Below, piece after piece: positions 9,782 through 19,447 of a DNA stretch of 64,000 bases. Where the stretch lies: positions 33,148-97,147 of the forward strand of contig JAGCVD010000036.1 of the NCBI GenBank assembly GCA_017962545.1, read 5' to 3'. Position 1 is the stretch's first letter. Each line of letters begins with the position of its first letter. Position numbers and translations under genes: made by a program. The notes under the pieces were generated by a model that saw only the letters and a list, made by a program, of their open reading frames with translations, did not search any database and had not been told where the DNA came from. Source of the DNA: Bacteroidales bacterium (lineage in GTDB: Bacteria > Bacteroidota > Bacteroidia > Bacteroidales > P3).

Positions 9782-10512
9782 CGCGACCTCCTTTCGTCCA
9801 CCATGCCTGCCGACTGGACTGATTGACCCGAAGCCTGGGCCGACAACTGGGTGACATAAGGCATCAGGACCTTTTCCTCGAGGAGGGCATGTTTCTCAAG
9901 GTCGGAAGAGAGCTGGAGAATGCTAAAGACCAGTTCGCTCAGTTCCTCGACCATCGGATTGCCCGGCAGGTATTTATAGAGTATCTGAGGGAGGTCGGAA
10001 AGCGACTCGACAAGGTCGGAATGGGAGTCGAGGAAGGTGGCGGCAATCTGTGCGGCTGACCCCTTCCCTTTCTGGAGCTGCTGGATGCAGGGGAAGACCT
10101 CGCGTTCCTCGTAGTCGAAATGGTCGGTGACCTCCTTGCGGTAGTCATCGATAAACTTGTGCAGCACTGCGGCATACTGCTGTCCGGCTCGGTCGCCGAT
10201 GCTGGTGAGGTGACGGACTATATGAGGCAGCCGCTCGTTGAGGTAGTAGCGGTGGGAGGCCTCCAGATAGGGGATAAGGCCACTGAGGTCGACATTCTCA
10301 TGCAGGGAGACAGGATAGTCGCTGAAAGTGTAGAGATTGCATACCAAAAGGAAGAATCCGACATCCTGTCCATATTGAGCGCAAAGTTCTTGGACGCTCT
10401 TTTCGCCAAAACCCAACGGGATGCCAAAACGGGGCACGACAAGGATGAGGGTATGGTTGGCCGCTATCATGTCGGCCATCTTGGTGCGAGGGGTGAAAAA
10501 GCCTGTTTTCAT
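9778..10512 (-). CDS. hemerythrin-like di-iron protein with a ScdA/RIC-like architecture
   Basis: I trimmed the start to ATG 10512 (MKTGFFTP...), 4 nt after the upstream stop. The tracked 381-aa ORF extends through the neighbouring gene in another frame. HHE-like motifs are present: DHFDYEEREVFP and LEKHALLEEKVLMPY. The N-terminus resembles ScdA_N. An ATGA overlap links it to the luxR-like gene. Confidence 0.6.
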   Translation of the reverse strand: MKTGFFTPRTKMADMIAANHTLILVVPRFGIPLGFGEKSVQELCAQYGQDVGFFLLVCNLYTFSDYPVSLHENVDLSGLIPYLEASHRYYLNERLPHIVRHLTSIGDRAGQQYAAVLHKFIDDYRKEVTDHFDYEEREVFPCIQQLQKGKGSAAQIAATFLDSHSDLVESLSDLPQILYKYLPGNPMVEELSELVFSILQLSSDLEKHALLEEKVLMPYVTQLSAQASGQSVQSAGMVDERRSR

Positions 10513-10516
10513 TTCC

Positions 10517-11977
10517 TTAGATTTTCGTATGAACATTGCGGCCTTCGACGTAAATGGCACCGACGGGACGTGCAGGACAATAGTATTCGCAGGCACCGCA
10601 GCCGATGCAGGCCGCCTCGTTGACAGAGACGACGGGATGTTCATTGCCAGGCATGACCTGGATGGCTCCCGTGGGGCAATGGCGCGAACAGGCGTTGCAG
10701 CTGACTCCCTGCGACAGCAGGCAGTTGTCGGGAAGGGTGACGGCATGCCCGATGGAGATAGCGCTCTTGTCCTCGGGGTCGATGGGTTTGATGGCCCCAG
10801 TGGGACAGACCTGGCTGCAGCGGGTGCAGTCGGGCGGACAGAAGCCATGCTCGAAGCCCAGTTCGGGCTGCATGAGGGTGGTGAGGTCTGTGGAGGGCCG
10901 CAGGATGCGGTGGGGGCACTCACTGACGCAGAGCTGGCAGGCGGTGCAGTGCGATGAGAAATGGTCCAATCCCTGTGCGCCGAAGGGTTTCAGAGGCACC
11001 CTACGCTCGGGCTGCTGTCTGCGCTGAAGGGTGGCAAGACCGCCATCGACTCTCTTTTCCTGCGCCTGAAGAGCCATGCCGGCACCCACAGCAGCCGTGG
11101 TGGCGAGGAATTTTCTCCGTGAGGGGTCAGTGCCGTCGGTCTTGTCGGTGGAACCGGCAGAAGAGGCTCTACCCATCTTTATCGCACCCTCCTTACAATT
11201 GGAGAGGCAGTCCATGCAAGCCACACAACGGGAAGTATCCACCGTGTGGTGCTCAAAGTCGATGCATTGTGCCTTGCAGTTGCGTTCGCACTTGCGACAG
11301 CCGACACACTTGTCGGTGTCGATGACAGGACGGAAGATGGCAAAGCGGGAGACGAGGCCGAGGAAAGAGCCCACCGGGCAGATGGTGTTGCACCAGAGAC
11401 GGCCCCAACGGAAAGAGAGGACACCCATCACCGCAAAGGTGACGATGGCCACGACAAGGGTCACGCCGCTCTTCACCCACACGTCGACGCTGTAGAAAGC
11501 ATAGCTGTCGGCACGCTCGGCCAACCAGGCCAACAGGTTATTGATGCCACGATAGGCTGGCTGGAATATCTCGGTGGCGACACGGCCGTAGGCACTGTAG
11601 GGTGCGATGAGGGCGGCGATGCTGCCCAGACCGAAGACCATCAGCAGCACGAAGACTCCCAACACCACATAGCGCAGGATATTGTGCGCCTTGTGGTAGT
11701 GGAAACGGTTCTTTTTAACCTTGCCTCCGAGCCACGAGAAACAATCCTGCATGACGCCCAAAGGGCAGATGACAGAACAGTAGACACGTCCGAAGAGGAG
11801 CGTGACAACCAACAGGAGGACCACGACTCCAACATTGAGGGCGAGGACGGCGGGCAGGAACTGCACTTTGGCCATCCAGCCGAGGTAGAGATGAAGTGCT
11901 CCCGTGAAGTCGAGGAACAACAAGGTGATGCCCACAAAGAATAGGGAGGCGAGGACGATGCGGATTTTGCGTAACAT
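10517..11977 (-). CDS. membrane-bound polyferredoxin (NapH/MauN-like 4Fe-4S protein)
   Basis: The N-terminal half has TM segments with CSVICPLG and CNTICPVG. The C-terminal half has several CxxCxxCxxxCP motifs (CVGCRKCERNC, CVACMDCLSNC, CTACQLCVSECP, CTRCSQVCP, CNACSRHCP, CIGCGACEYYCP). Confidence 0.8.
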   Translation of the reverse strand: MLRKIRIVLASLFFVGITLLFLDFTGALHLYLGWMAKVQFLPAVLALNVGVVVLLLVVTLLFGRVYCSVICPLGVMQDCFSWLGGKVKKNRFHYHKAHNILRYVVLGVFVLLMVFGLGSIAALIAPYSAYGRVATEIFQPAYRGINNLLAWLAERADSYAFYSVDVWVKSGVTLVVAIVTFAVMGVLSFRWGRLWCNTICPVGSFLGLVSRFAIFRPVIDTDKCVGCRKCERNCKAQCIDFEHHTVDTSRCVACMDCLSNCKEGAIKMGRASSAGSTDKTDGTDPSRRKFLATTAAVGAGMALQAQEKRVDGGLATLQRRQQPERRVPLKPFGAQGLDHFSSHCTACQLCVSECPHRILRPSTDLTTLMQPELGFEHGFCPPDCTRCSQVCPTGAIKPIDPEDKSAISIGHAVTLPDNCLLSQGVSCNACSRHCPTGAIQVMPGNEHPVVSVNEAACIGCGACEYYCPARPVGAIYVEGRNVHTKI

Positions 11978-12014
11978 GGCGGGTTATTCTTTAATCATCA
12001 TTATACATTGGACT

Positions 12015-14513
12015 TTACTCTTGGAAATAGACCCTCTTGACACGTGGCGAGACGGAGGTGAGAATCTCGTAGGTGATGGTGTCTGCAGCCTCGGATATCT
12101 GCTTCAAGAGGGATACATCGCCGAAGATGGTGACCTCGTCACCCTCGCAACAGGGGACACCCGTGACATCGAGGAAGCACATGTCCATGCAGATGCTACC
12201 GATGATAGGTACCTGACGGCCAGAGACAAGAACCCGGCCGTTGCCGTTGCCGAGATGACGGTTGAGACCATCGGCATAGCCGATGGAGATGATGGCGATG
12301 CGCGAGTCTTTCTGAGCCACCCAACGGCGGTTGTAGCCCACCGAGTCGCCCGCAGGGATGTCCTTGAGCTGCGAGATGCGTGTCTTGAGCTGACTGACGG
12401 GTTGCAGATGGGCCTGCACCTCCTCTTCGGGCGAAATACCGTAAAGGCCGATGCCAAGGCGCACCATATCCATCTGGGCATCGGGGAAACGGGTGATGCC
12501 CGAGGAGTTGAGGATGTGGCAGAGGATGTCATCGCGCCCGAGGGCTTTCTTGATTCGGGAACTCCAGGTGCGGAACCTGTCAATCTGGAGATGTGTGAAG
12601 TCATCCATCTCGGGGTCCTCGCTGCAAGCCAGATGCGAGAAGAAGGAACGGATGCGGAGAGCGGGTTCGGGCTTCCCCAGACGCTGGATGAGGGCATCGA
12701 TATCCTTCTCGCCAAAGCCTAATCGGTGCATACCCGTGTCCAGTTCGATGTGGACGGGCACCTGCTCACCCTCGGGACAGAGGAGTCGGGCGGTGTCGGC
12801 GAAGGCTTCGAGGATGCGGAAGCTATAGATGTCCGGCTCGAGGTGGTAGCGGATGATATCGTCGAAGCTCTCCTCCTCGGGGTTCATGACCATAATGGGG
12901 AGGGTGATGCCGTTGCGGCGAAGGTCGACACCCTCGTCGCTGTAGGCCACCGTGAGGTAGTCGACATGATTGAACTGCAGGGCGCTGGCTATCTCCACCT
13001 TGCCCGCGCCGTAGGAGGCCGCCTTGACCATTGCCATGAGCTTGGTGGTAGGCCGGATACGCGAGCGGTAGTAGTTGAGGTTAGAGATGAGGTTGCCGAG
13101 GTTCACCTCCATGATGGTCTGGTGGCTTTTGCGCTGGAGCATCTTGGCGATGTCCTCGAAATGGAAACTGCGCGCTCCCTTGAGTAGGATGGTCTGATTG
13201 GTGAACTGGTCGAAGTCGAACTGGCGGAGGAATTCTTCGGTGCTGGGATAGAAGGCCACGCCTTCGGGCTCAAAGAGCTGACGGTTGCGGCAGAGGGCCT
13301 CTCCAACGCCAATGAACTGGGATATCTTGTATTGGCGTACAAGGGCAGCAGCCTGCGAATAGAGTTCCGACTCGTGGAGACCTGACTGGAGGATGTCGCT
13401 CATGATAAGCACCTTGTTGCAGTGCTGCTGCTCATGCTGGACAAAGTCGAGGGCGATGGTGAGGGAATTGAGGTCGAGGCTGTAGCTATCGTTGACCAGC
13501 AGGCAGCTGTTCACGGCTTCGTTCATCTCCAGTCGCATGGCCACGGGAGTGAGACGGAGGCAACGGAGGGATATCTCATTGCCGTCGAGACCCAGGTAGA
13601 AGAGCAGAGTGATGCAGTGCATGGCATTCTCGGCCGAGGCACGGTCGACAAAGGGGATGGCTATATTGTATTGCTGGCCGTCGTGTTCGACGGTGAGGGT
13701 GGTGCTGTGCTCGTGGAGGGTCGACTCAACCAGACGCACGGCATTGTCGGCGGAACGGCCCCATGTGTAACGCGTCAGCTGGCGGAAACTCTCTTGCTCG
13801 GAGATGGCGGAGTGTATCTCCTTGTGGTCTGTGCAATAAATAAGCACCTGGCAGTGGGTGAAGAGCTGGAGTTTCTCGGCGATTTTCTGGTAGCGGGTAA
13901 GGAAGTTCTCGTCGTGCGAAGGTCCTATGTTGGTGAAGATGCCGATGGTGGGATTGATGACCTCGCGCAGGTGCTCCATCATGCCGGGCTCGGAAATGCC
14001 AGCCTCGAAAACGGCCAGCTCATCCTCCGCACTCATACCCCACACCGAGAGGGGAACACCTATCTGCGAGTTGTAACTGCGGGGACTGGAGACCATCTTG
14101 CGCGTGTCGCCGAGGAGCTGAACAATCCAGTCCTTGACGATGGTCTTGCCGTTGCTGCCCGTGATTCCCACCACGGGAATATGGTACTGAGCGCGGTGCC
14201 AGGCTGCCAGCTGTTGCATGGCACGCACCACGTCTTTCACATACCAGAAGTTGGCACCCGTGCAGCGACGGAACTGAGTTTGGAACTCCTCGGCAGCATC
14301 GGCGGGGACAACGAAGTTGCGCACCCCGCGGCGATAGAGGTCTACAACATAGCGGCAGCCTGTGTTGCGCTTGGTGGGGATGGCGAAAAAGAGGCTCTGA
14401 GACACGTCGCCTGCACGGCGGCTGTCGGTGAGGAGCTGGTCGATGTCGGACTCAGGGAGTTCGACACGGGCCTCTACGGCCTTAAGGATGGGGGTTATCT
14501 GTTCGGCTTTCAA
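12015..14513 (-). CDS. murF-alr: bifunctional UDP-MurNAc-pentapeptide synthetase (MurF) / alanine racemase (Alr)
   Basis: The N-terminal half has the Mur ligase P-loop VVGITGSNGKT. The C-terminal half has the alanine racemase PLP-lysine region AMVKAASYGAG and ends GYADG...ICMD. This fusion is typical of Bacteroidota. Confidence 0.85.
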   Translation of the reverse strand: MKAEQITPILKAVEARVELPESDIDQLLTDSRRAGDVSQSLFFAIPTKRNTGCRYVVDLYRRGVRNFVVPADAAEEFQTQFRRCTGANFWYVKDVVRAMQQLAAWHRAQYHIPVVGITGSNGKTIVKDWIVQLLGDTRKMVSSPRSYNSQIGVPLSVWGMSAEDELAVFEAGISEPGMMEHLREVINPTIGIFTNIGPSHDENFLTRYQKIAEKLQLFTHCQVLIYCTDHKEIHSAISEQESFRQLTRYTWGRSADNAVRLVESTLHEHSTTLTVEHDGQQYNIAIPFVDRASAENAMHCITLLFYLGLDGNEISLRCLRLTPVAMRLEMNEAVNSCLLVNDSYSLDLNSLTIALDFVQHEQQHCNKVLIMSDILQSGLHESELYSQAAALVRQYKISQFIGVGEALCRNRQLFEPEGVAFYPSTEEFLRQFDFDQFTNQTILLKGARSFHFEDIAKMLQRKSHQTIMEVNLGNLISNLNYYRSRIRPTTKLMAMVKAASYGAGKVEIASALQFNHVDYLTVAYSDEGVDLRRNGITLPIMVMNPEEESFDDIIRYHLEPDIYSFRILEAFADTARLLCPEGEQVPVHIELDTGMHRLGFGEKDIDALIQRLGKPEPALRIRSFFSHLACSEDPEMDDFTHLQIDRFRTWSSRIKKALGRDDILCHILNSSGITRFPDAQMDMVRLGIGLYGISPEEEVQAHLQPVSQLKTRISQLKDIPAGDSVGYNRRWVAQKDSRIAIISIGYADGLNRHLGNGNGRVLVSGRQVPIIGSICMDMCFLDVTGVPCCEGDEVTIFGDVSLLKQISEAADTITYEILTSVSPRVKRVYFQE

Positions 14514-15784
14514 TGGGTGATGATTTTATATCCTATCTGGCAGTGGAGGCAGTCGTGCGAGGCACAATGCTCATTATAGAGCTGCAGGAGGGCCTGGCTC
14601 TGGTCGGCATTGAGGGCTTTGACACCGGCGGCCTGCCACTGGCGGATGATGCGGTTCTTTTCGGGCGGGAGCTGCTGGAGGATACTCACGGCCTGGTCTT
14701 TGTATTGCTGTTGTCCGTTCTGGTTGCCATACTCGAAAAGGAGTGGCACCCAGGCGTTGATGATGAGGGTGTTGACAAAACTCTCGCCCAGCCGCTTGGT
14801 TGTCCCCGACGAAGGCTGGTCGAAACGGTAGTGTGTGTTCCAATAGGAAGAAGCAGACACGTCGAAGAATTTCTGCAGTTCCACGGCGTCGGTGGTTTCC
14901 AAAAGATGGCTGAAGAGGTTGCGCGACTGACACACCATCTGTGCGAACTGGCTGATGCGGATGGTGGGGAAGCCGTTGGGGCGCAGACGGTAGAACTTCC
15001 AAAGGAAGCCTTTCATAGGCTCCAGACACGCCCCTTGGCGCAAGGCTTCATAGTCTCTCTGCAGTTGACGGGGGTATTCGTCATCGAAGTAACCTTCCAG
15101 CATGCCGGCTTGGCCCATGAGGAGGGCCTCGATGCGCTGGGGATTGTCACGCCAGCGCGAGAGGAGGTTGAGGTCGGTGTTCTTGGCCAGGAGTTCGAAG
15201 GGGAGCGCGTTGACCTTGCCTCCGAAATAATGCGCCATAATCCAGTAGCAGGTCTGTTCCCAGCCGCCCCTGGCATCGTGCAGCATCTGGCGGACGGTGG
15301 CGCATTTACGCTCCAACCGCTCCAGAGTGAGCCGTTCCAGACAGCTGTCGATGTAGAAAGAGGGCACCTCCGGCAGATGGTCCATGCAGGGTATGGGCAT
15401 CTCGGCGGGCGGATGCTGCAGGGCGTCGTAGTTGTCCCAGAGGGCGTCGGCGATGTTGCGGCGCAGCTCCAGGGTGGGTAGCTGGCGACAGTCATGCAAA
15501 GTGACAGGGGTGTCGCACTGATAGACCACATGGAGCACCACATTGTCATAGGCGCGGTCGTTGGTATGGCGGTGCAGGTTCCAGTCGGACGACTTGACAT
15601 GCACCTCCAGGTTGCCCGCCCAGAGGGTGTCGCCTATACGCACACGCGCGTCAAAAAAATCGGGACCGGCATCATGGTTCAGTACCCCGGGGCGCGCCAC
15701 AACCACAGGAAGCCCGTCGGTAGTGACGAGCTCACCTTGCAGCAATTGGTGCTGCCATACGTATTGCAGAAACGCCTCTGTCAT
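14510..15784 (-). CDS. DUF2851 family protein
   Basis: The N-terminus (FLQYVWQHQLL...GVLNHDAGPDFFDARVRIGDTLWAGNLEVHVKSSDW) matches my memory of DUF2851. An ATGA overlap links it to murF-alr. Confidence 0.7.
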   Translation of the reverse strand: MTEAFLQYVWQHQLLQGELVTTDGLPVVVARPGVLNHDAGPDFFDARVRIGDTLWAGNLEVHVKSSDWNLHRHTNDRAYDNVVLHVVYQCDTPVTLHDCRQLPTLELRRNIADALWDNYDALQHPPAEMPIPCMDHLPEVPSFYIDSCLERLTLERLERKCATVRQMLHDARGGWEQTCYWIMAHYFGGKVNALPFELLAKNTDLNLLSRWRDNPQRIEALLMGQAGMLEGYFDDEYPRQLQRDYEALRQGACLEPMKGFLWKFYRLRPNGFPTIRISQFAQMVCQSRNLFSHLLETTDAVELQKFFDVSASSYWNTHYRFDQPSSGTTKRLGESFVNTLIINAWVPLLFEYGNQNGQQQYKDQAVSILQQLPPEKNRIIRQWQAAGVKALNADQSQALLQLYNEHCASHDCLHCQIGYKIITH

Positions 15785-15794
15785 GCTCTATATG

Positions 15795-16961
15795 TTAATT
15801 GAATAGGTCTTTCATCTTGTCGAAGAATCCTCTCTCCTGCTTTGATGGCGACGGCTTGAAATTGGGCGAGTTGTCCAGTTTCAAGAGGGTCTCCCGCTCC
15901 TCGCGCGAGAGGGCCTTCGGCACCCACACGTTGATGCTCACCAACATGTCGCCGCGGCCATAGCCGTTCACATCGGGAAGTCCCTTGCCTTTCAGGCGCA
16001 GCACCTTGCCAGAAGGGGTTCCTGCATCTATCTTCACCTTGGCACGTCCCGAAAGGGTGGGTATCTCCAGCGTGGTTCCCATTGCAGCTTGCGGGAAGGT
16101 GATGAAGGCGTTGTAATAGATGTTGCTGTCCTGCCGTTCGAAGAGGTCATGAGGCATCTCCTCGATGAGGATAATCAGGTCGCCAGGCACGCCACCGTGC
16201 GGGGCGGCATTGCCTTTGCCCGACATGGACAGCTGCATCCCGTCGGCCACGCCTGCAGGGATATTGATGGTGATAATTTCTTCGGAGCGGACGATGCCTT
16301 CGCCGTTGCAGTCGTGGCATTTGTCCTTGATGATGCGCCCTTCACCGCCGCAGTGCGGACAGACGCTCTGGGTCTGCATCTGACCCAGGATGGTGCGGCG
16401 CACCTCGGTGACTACGCCTGCGCCATGGCAGTGCGGGCAAGTTTCGTAGTTGTTGTTGCGTGCCCCTGTGCCGCTGCAGGTCTTGCAGGGCACATATTTG
16501 GCCACTTTAATCTTTTTCTCGCAGCCTTTGTCTATTTCTTCGAGGGTAAGCTTCACCTTGATTCGCAGGTTTGTGCCTCGCGCGGCGGCACGATGTCCGC
16601 GCTGCTGTCCGCCACCGAATCCCGAGAATCCCGAGAAATGGCCGCCGCCACCGAAGAAGTCGCCAAAGATGCTCCCGAACTGCGAGAAGATGTCGTCCAT
16701 GCTCATTCCTCCGCCCTGGAAACCGCCGGCGCCGCCATCCATTCCGGCAAAGCCAAACTGGTCGTAACGGGCCTTCTTGTCGGGGTTGCTCAGCACGTCG
16801 TAGGCCTCGGCAGCCTCCTTGAACTTCTCCTCAGCCTCTTTGTCACCAGGGTTGCGATCAGGGTGGTACTGCAGGGCCAACTTGCGGTAGGCCTTCTTCA
16901 ACTCTTCTGGCGTGGCATTTTTGCTCACGCCCAACACTTCATAGTAGTCTCTCTTAGCCAT
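15795..16961 (-). CDS. dnaJ: molecular chaperone DnaJ
   Basis: J domain with HPD (YHPDRNPGD), a G/F-rich linker, and four CxxCxGxG zinc motifs ([32 protein letters not shown]). Confidence 0.97.
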   Translation of the reverse strand: MAKRDYYEVLGVSKNATPEELKKAYRKLALQYHPDRNPGDKEAEEKFKEAAEAYDVLSNPDKKARYDQFGFAGMDGGAGGFQGGGMSMDDIFSQFGSIFGDFFGGGGHFSGFSGFGGGQQRGHRAAARGTNLRIKVKLTLEEIDKGCEKKIKVAKYVPCKTCSGTGARNNNYETCPHCHGAGVVTEVRRTILGQMQTQSVCPHCGGEGRIIKDKCHDCNGEGIVRSEEIITINIPAGVADGMQLSMSGKGNAAPHGGVPGDLIILIEEMPHDLFERQDSNIYYNAFITFPQAAMGTTLEIPTLSGRAKVKIDAGTPSGKVLRLKGKGLPDVNGYGRGDMLVSINVWVPKALSREERETLLKLDNSPNFKPSPSKQERGFFDKMKDLFN

Positions 16962-16970
16962 AATCTATAC

Positions 16971-16995
16971 TATTACCAATAACCTATAACCTTTA
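16971..16995. repeat. heptamer-periodic spacer (tattacc aataacc tataacc ttta) at the grpE stop / dnaJ leader
   Basis: Read directly. On the coding (minus) strand it reads TAAAGGTTATAGGTTATTGGTAATA. The same motif occurs at 33399-33430. Confidence 0.8.
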
Positions 16996-17643
16996 CACCG
17001 CCACGACTACCTTGGCGTAGCGCAGCACTTTATCGTTCAGGTAGTATCCCTTTTCCACCACGTCGACCACCTTACCTTTCATGCTCTCGTCGGCGGCCGG
17101 GAACTGGGTGACAGCCTCGTGTAGGTTCTCGTCGAACTTCTCGCCCTTGGCCTCAATGGACTTGAGCCCTTTCTGGCCGAGGATGTTCATCAGCTTGTTG
17201 TAGATGAGTTGCACGCCCTCTTTGGCGCTTTCCTCGTCGCTCATGGCCTGCAGGGCGCGCTCCATGTCGTCGACCACGGGCAGGATGGCCTTGATGGTGT
17301 CCTTGCTGCCGTTGATGATAAGCTCGGCCTTCTCGCTGTTGGTGCGTTTGCGGTAGTTCTCATACTCCGAATAGAGACGCACGTACTTGTCGTTGGTCTC
17401 GGCCAGTTTCTCGCCCAATTCTTGCAGTTTTTCGGTCTGTTCGTCATGTTTGGAAGCATGTTTGTCATGCTTGTCGCGATGTTTCTTGCCGTCCTTCTTC
17501 TGTTCCGATTCCTCGACAGGGGTTTCGTCTGTAGTCCCAGTAGTCTGGTTTTCAGTGTCCACTTGCTCTTCTTCGAGTTCTTTCTTATCTTTGCTCATAG
17601 TATTGTCGTTTTTTATTCTACTATCCATCAAACCTTTTGCCAA
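16993..17643 (-). CDS. grpE: nucleotide exchange factor GrpE (start uncertain; alternative Met at 17598)
   Basis: Acidic N-terminus, then a GrpE core (YVRLYSEYENYRKRT...ILPVVDDMERA...VVEKGYYLNDKVLRYAKVVV). It lies immediately upstream of dnaJ. Confidence 0.93.
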   Translation of the reverse strand: MAKGLMDSRIKNDNTMSKDKKELEEEQVDTENQTTGTTDETPVEESEQKKDGKKHRDKHDKHASKHDEQTEKLQELGEKLAETNDKYVRLYSEYENYRKRTNSEKAELIINGSKDTIKAILPVVDDMERALQAMSDEESAKEGVQLIYNKLMNILGQKGLKSIEAKGEKFDENLHEAVTQFPAADESMKGKVVDVVEKGYYLNDKVLRYAKVVVAV

Positions 17644-17780
17644 AAGGGTGTTTCTGTCATTTTGTCACAGTCGACTGTATGTTCCCCATCTGATGAAGAG
17701 GCACTCCCGACAGTTCTGTTTTCCGTTTCACTCTCTATTAATTACAATGTCCCCGCTCTATATGGAAGACACGAAAGCCG

Positions 17781-19316
17781 TCACCAGACGAAGACATCCA
17801 TTGGAGACTTGGGACGGCGGGAATCCAGCCAGCGGAAGTCCTGCAGAACACGTTTCTCGGGGTCGAGTTTGCCGAGAGGGTAGGCGTTCATGTCGGGACT
17901 GCCGGAAGTCACGACCCTCTCGGGCGAGCGGTCTTTGAAGTAGATGCGCATGTCTGATCCTCTCCCCACGTTCACACCCACTATGCTCACACGTCCCGAG
18001 TCTTCGTCGGTGATATAATAGACCATCTCGGCATTGCCCAGGATGTCGGCATAATAGGGTTCTCCCTCAACAAAATGGACCTCTGTGTTGCGGCCTTTTA
18101 TCTGATTGAACTTGTCGGGGTCCAACTGCTCGGCACTGATGCTGTTGTTGCGCATATAGGCGATGGTGGGGCCGTTGGGACCATGGTACATCTCGATGGT
18201 GTCAGCCGTGCATTGATAGTCGCCATACCATAGCACTGGGTCACCATAGAGCTGCAGCAGCGAGTCCTGCACAGAGTAGTAGACCGAGTCGCACATGGCC
18301 TGACCATCTGTGCGGAAAGCTTTCACATGGTAGAAGGCGTTGAGAGCTGTGAATTCTTTGTTCTCGTTGTTGATGACGCGTATCGAGTCGGCATGGAGGT
18401 AGAGGGTGTCCTGCGGTGCGTCGGGGTTGTTCTCATCCTTGCCCACGAACTTCACCAATGCGCTGTCTGTGACGTAGGAAGTCTGCCGTTCGCGGTCGGT
18501 CTCGCCGTAGCGCCCCGAGCAGATGATTTTATTCACAGTGTCCTCCAGAACCACGCGACCGATGGCACGGCCGAACTCGGTGTCCTCGTAGTAGTGCAGT
18601 GTGTCGCAGCTCAGTATTTTCTCCATATTCTGGACGCGCGACGCCTTGGTGGAGTAGGCATAGCGGGTCTCAGTGTTGTAACTCCCGTTCTCGCTATAGA
18701 GGATAGAGGAGTCGGAATAGATGTACGTCGGGCTGCTAAATTCGGCCAGGTGGTCTTCCGTGCAATAGGTCAACGTGTCTGTCTCCAGGCGCATGTTCGA
18801 GTCCTGCAGCACCACCTGCACGTATATGTAGAATGTCTTGATGTCCGAATTGTAGTGCCCCACACGGCTCACTAGGCTCTTGTCCTCGTTGACGGTATGA
18901 CCCCAATTGTTGTAGGTGGCTGTTGAGGTGTTGCGGTCGTAGGAGAGGTGGTTGGTTGTCAGGGTGGTCTTGCCGTCTATCAGGCGAACGGTATCGGCCC
19001 AGATATCCACCACACGACTGATGCCGTCGTAGTAGAGCCTGTCGCCGTATATGGTTGTTGTGTCAGTGATTTCAATCTTGATGTGACCGTAGGCGGTGAA
19101 GTCGTTCTGCTCGGTGTTCAGCAAGGCCGAGTCGGCATACAATACCATGCCCTCATGCTCGGCGCGCACGCGTTTGTATAGGATCCACACGTCGTTGTTC
19201 TCCGGATCGCGTGTACCCATGCCAGCCGAGTAGGTGATAATTTTCTGCGCCGACGCTGTCCCCCACCCTACCAGGCAGGCCACCACACACAATATTCGCA
19301 CAAATGTCTTTTGCAT
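17781..19316 (-). CDS. OstA-like (LptA/LptD N-terminal-type) repeat protein, secreted
   Basis: Signal peptide (CLVGWGTASAQ). Repeated beta-jellyroll-like segments (ADSALLNTEQNDFTAYGHIKI..., LYLHADSIRV..., AFYHVKAFRTDGQAMCDSVYY) are typical of OstA_N-type domains. The assignment is from memory. Confidence 0.55.
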   Translation of the reverse strand: MQKTFVRILCVVACLVGWGTASAQKIITYSAGMGTRDPENNDVWILYKRVRAEHEGMVLYADSALLNTEQNDFTAYGHIKIEITDTTTIYGDRLYYDGISRVVDIWADTVRLIDGKTTLTTNHLSYDRNTSTATYNNWGHTVNEDKSLVSRVGHYNSDIKTFYIYVQVVLQDSNMRLETDTLTYCTEDHLAEFSSPTYIYSDSSILYSENGSYNTETRYAYSTKASRVQNMEKILSCDTLHYYEDTEFGRAIGRVVLEDTVNKIICSGRYGETDRERQTSYVTDSALVKFVGKDENNPDAPQDTLYLHADSIRVINNENKEFTALNAFYHVKAFRTDGQAMCDSVYYSVQDSLLQLYGDPVLWYGDYQCTADTIEMYHGPNGPTIAYMRNNSISAEQLDPDKFNQIKGRNTEVHFVEGEPYYADILGNAEMVYYITDEDSGRVSIVGVNVGRGSDMRIYFKDRSPERVVTSGSPDMNAYPLGKLDPEKRVLQDFRWLDSRRPKSPMDVFVW

Positions 19317-19397
19317 GTAACGAGAACGTGTTTTCTCAAATATTATTGTACCCTCCGGTTAATTTACCATTTTTTGTTTCTGGCTCTCGGATACGAT

Positions 19398-19426
19398 AAA
19401 GAGGCTCCCGATATGGAAGCCTCTTT
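19398..19426 (-). terminator. imperfect hairpin downstream of the gldJ-like gene
   Basis: aaagaggctccc-gatat-ggaagcctcttt with one internal mismatch. On the minus strand it is followed by TTTATCG. Confidence 0.35.
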
Positions 19427-19447
19427 TCTCTAAGTTCTCTTTGAAAA

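Noticed and set aside
10513-10923. Upstream 137 codons of tracked ORF 9778..10923. Similar 5' extensions exist for 37947..39542, 45806..46561, 47678..48751 and 29649..30005.
   Set aside because: Each extension overlaps the neighbouring gene or a terminator in another frame and has atypical composition. Internal starts give normal family N-termini.
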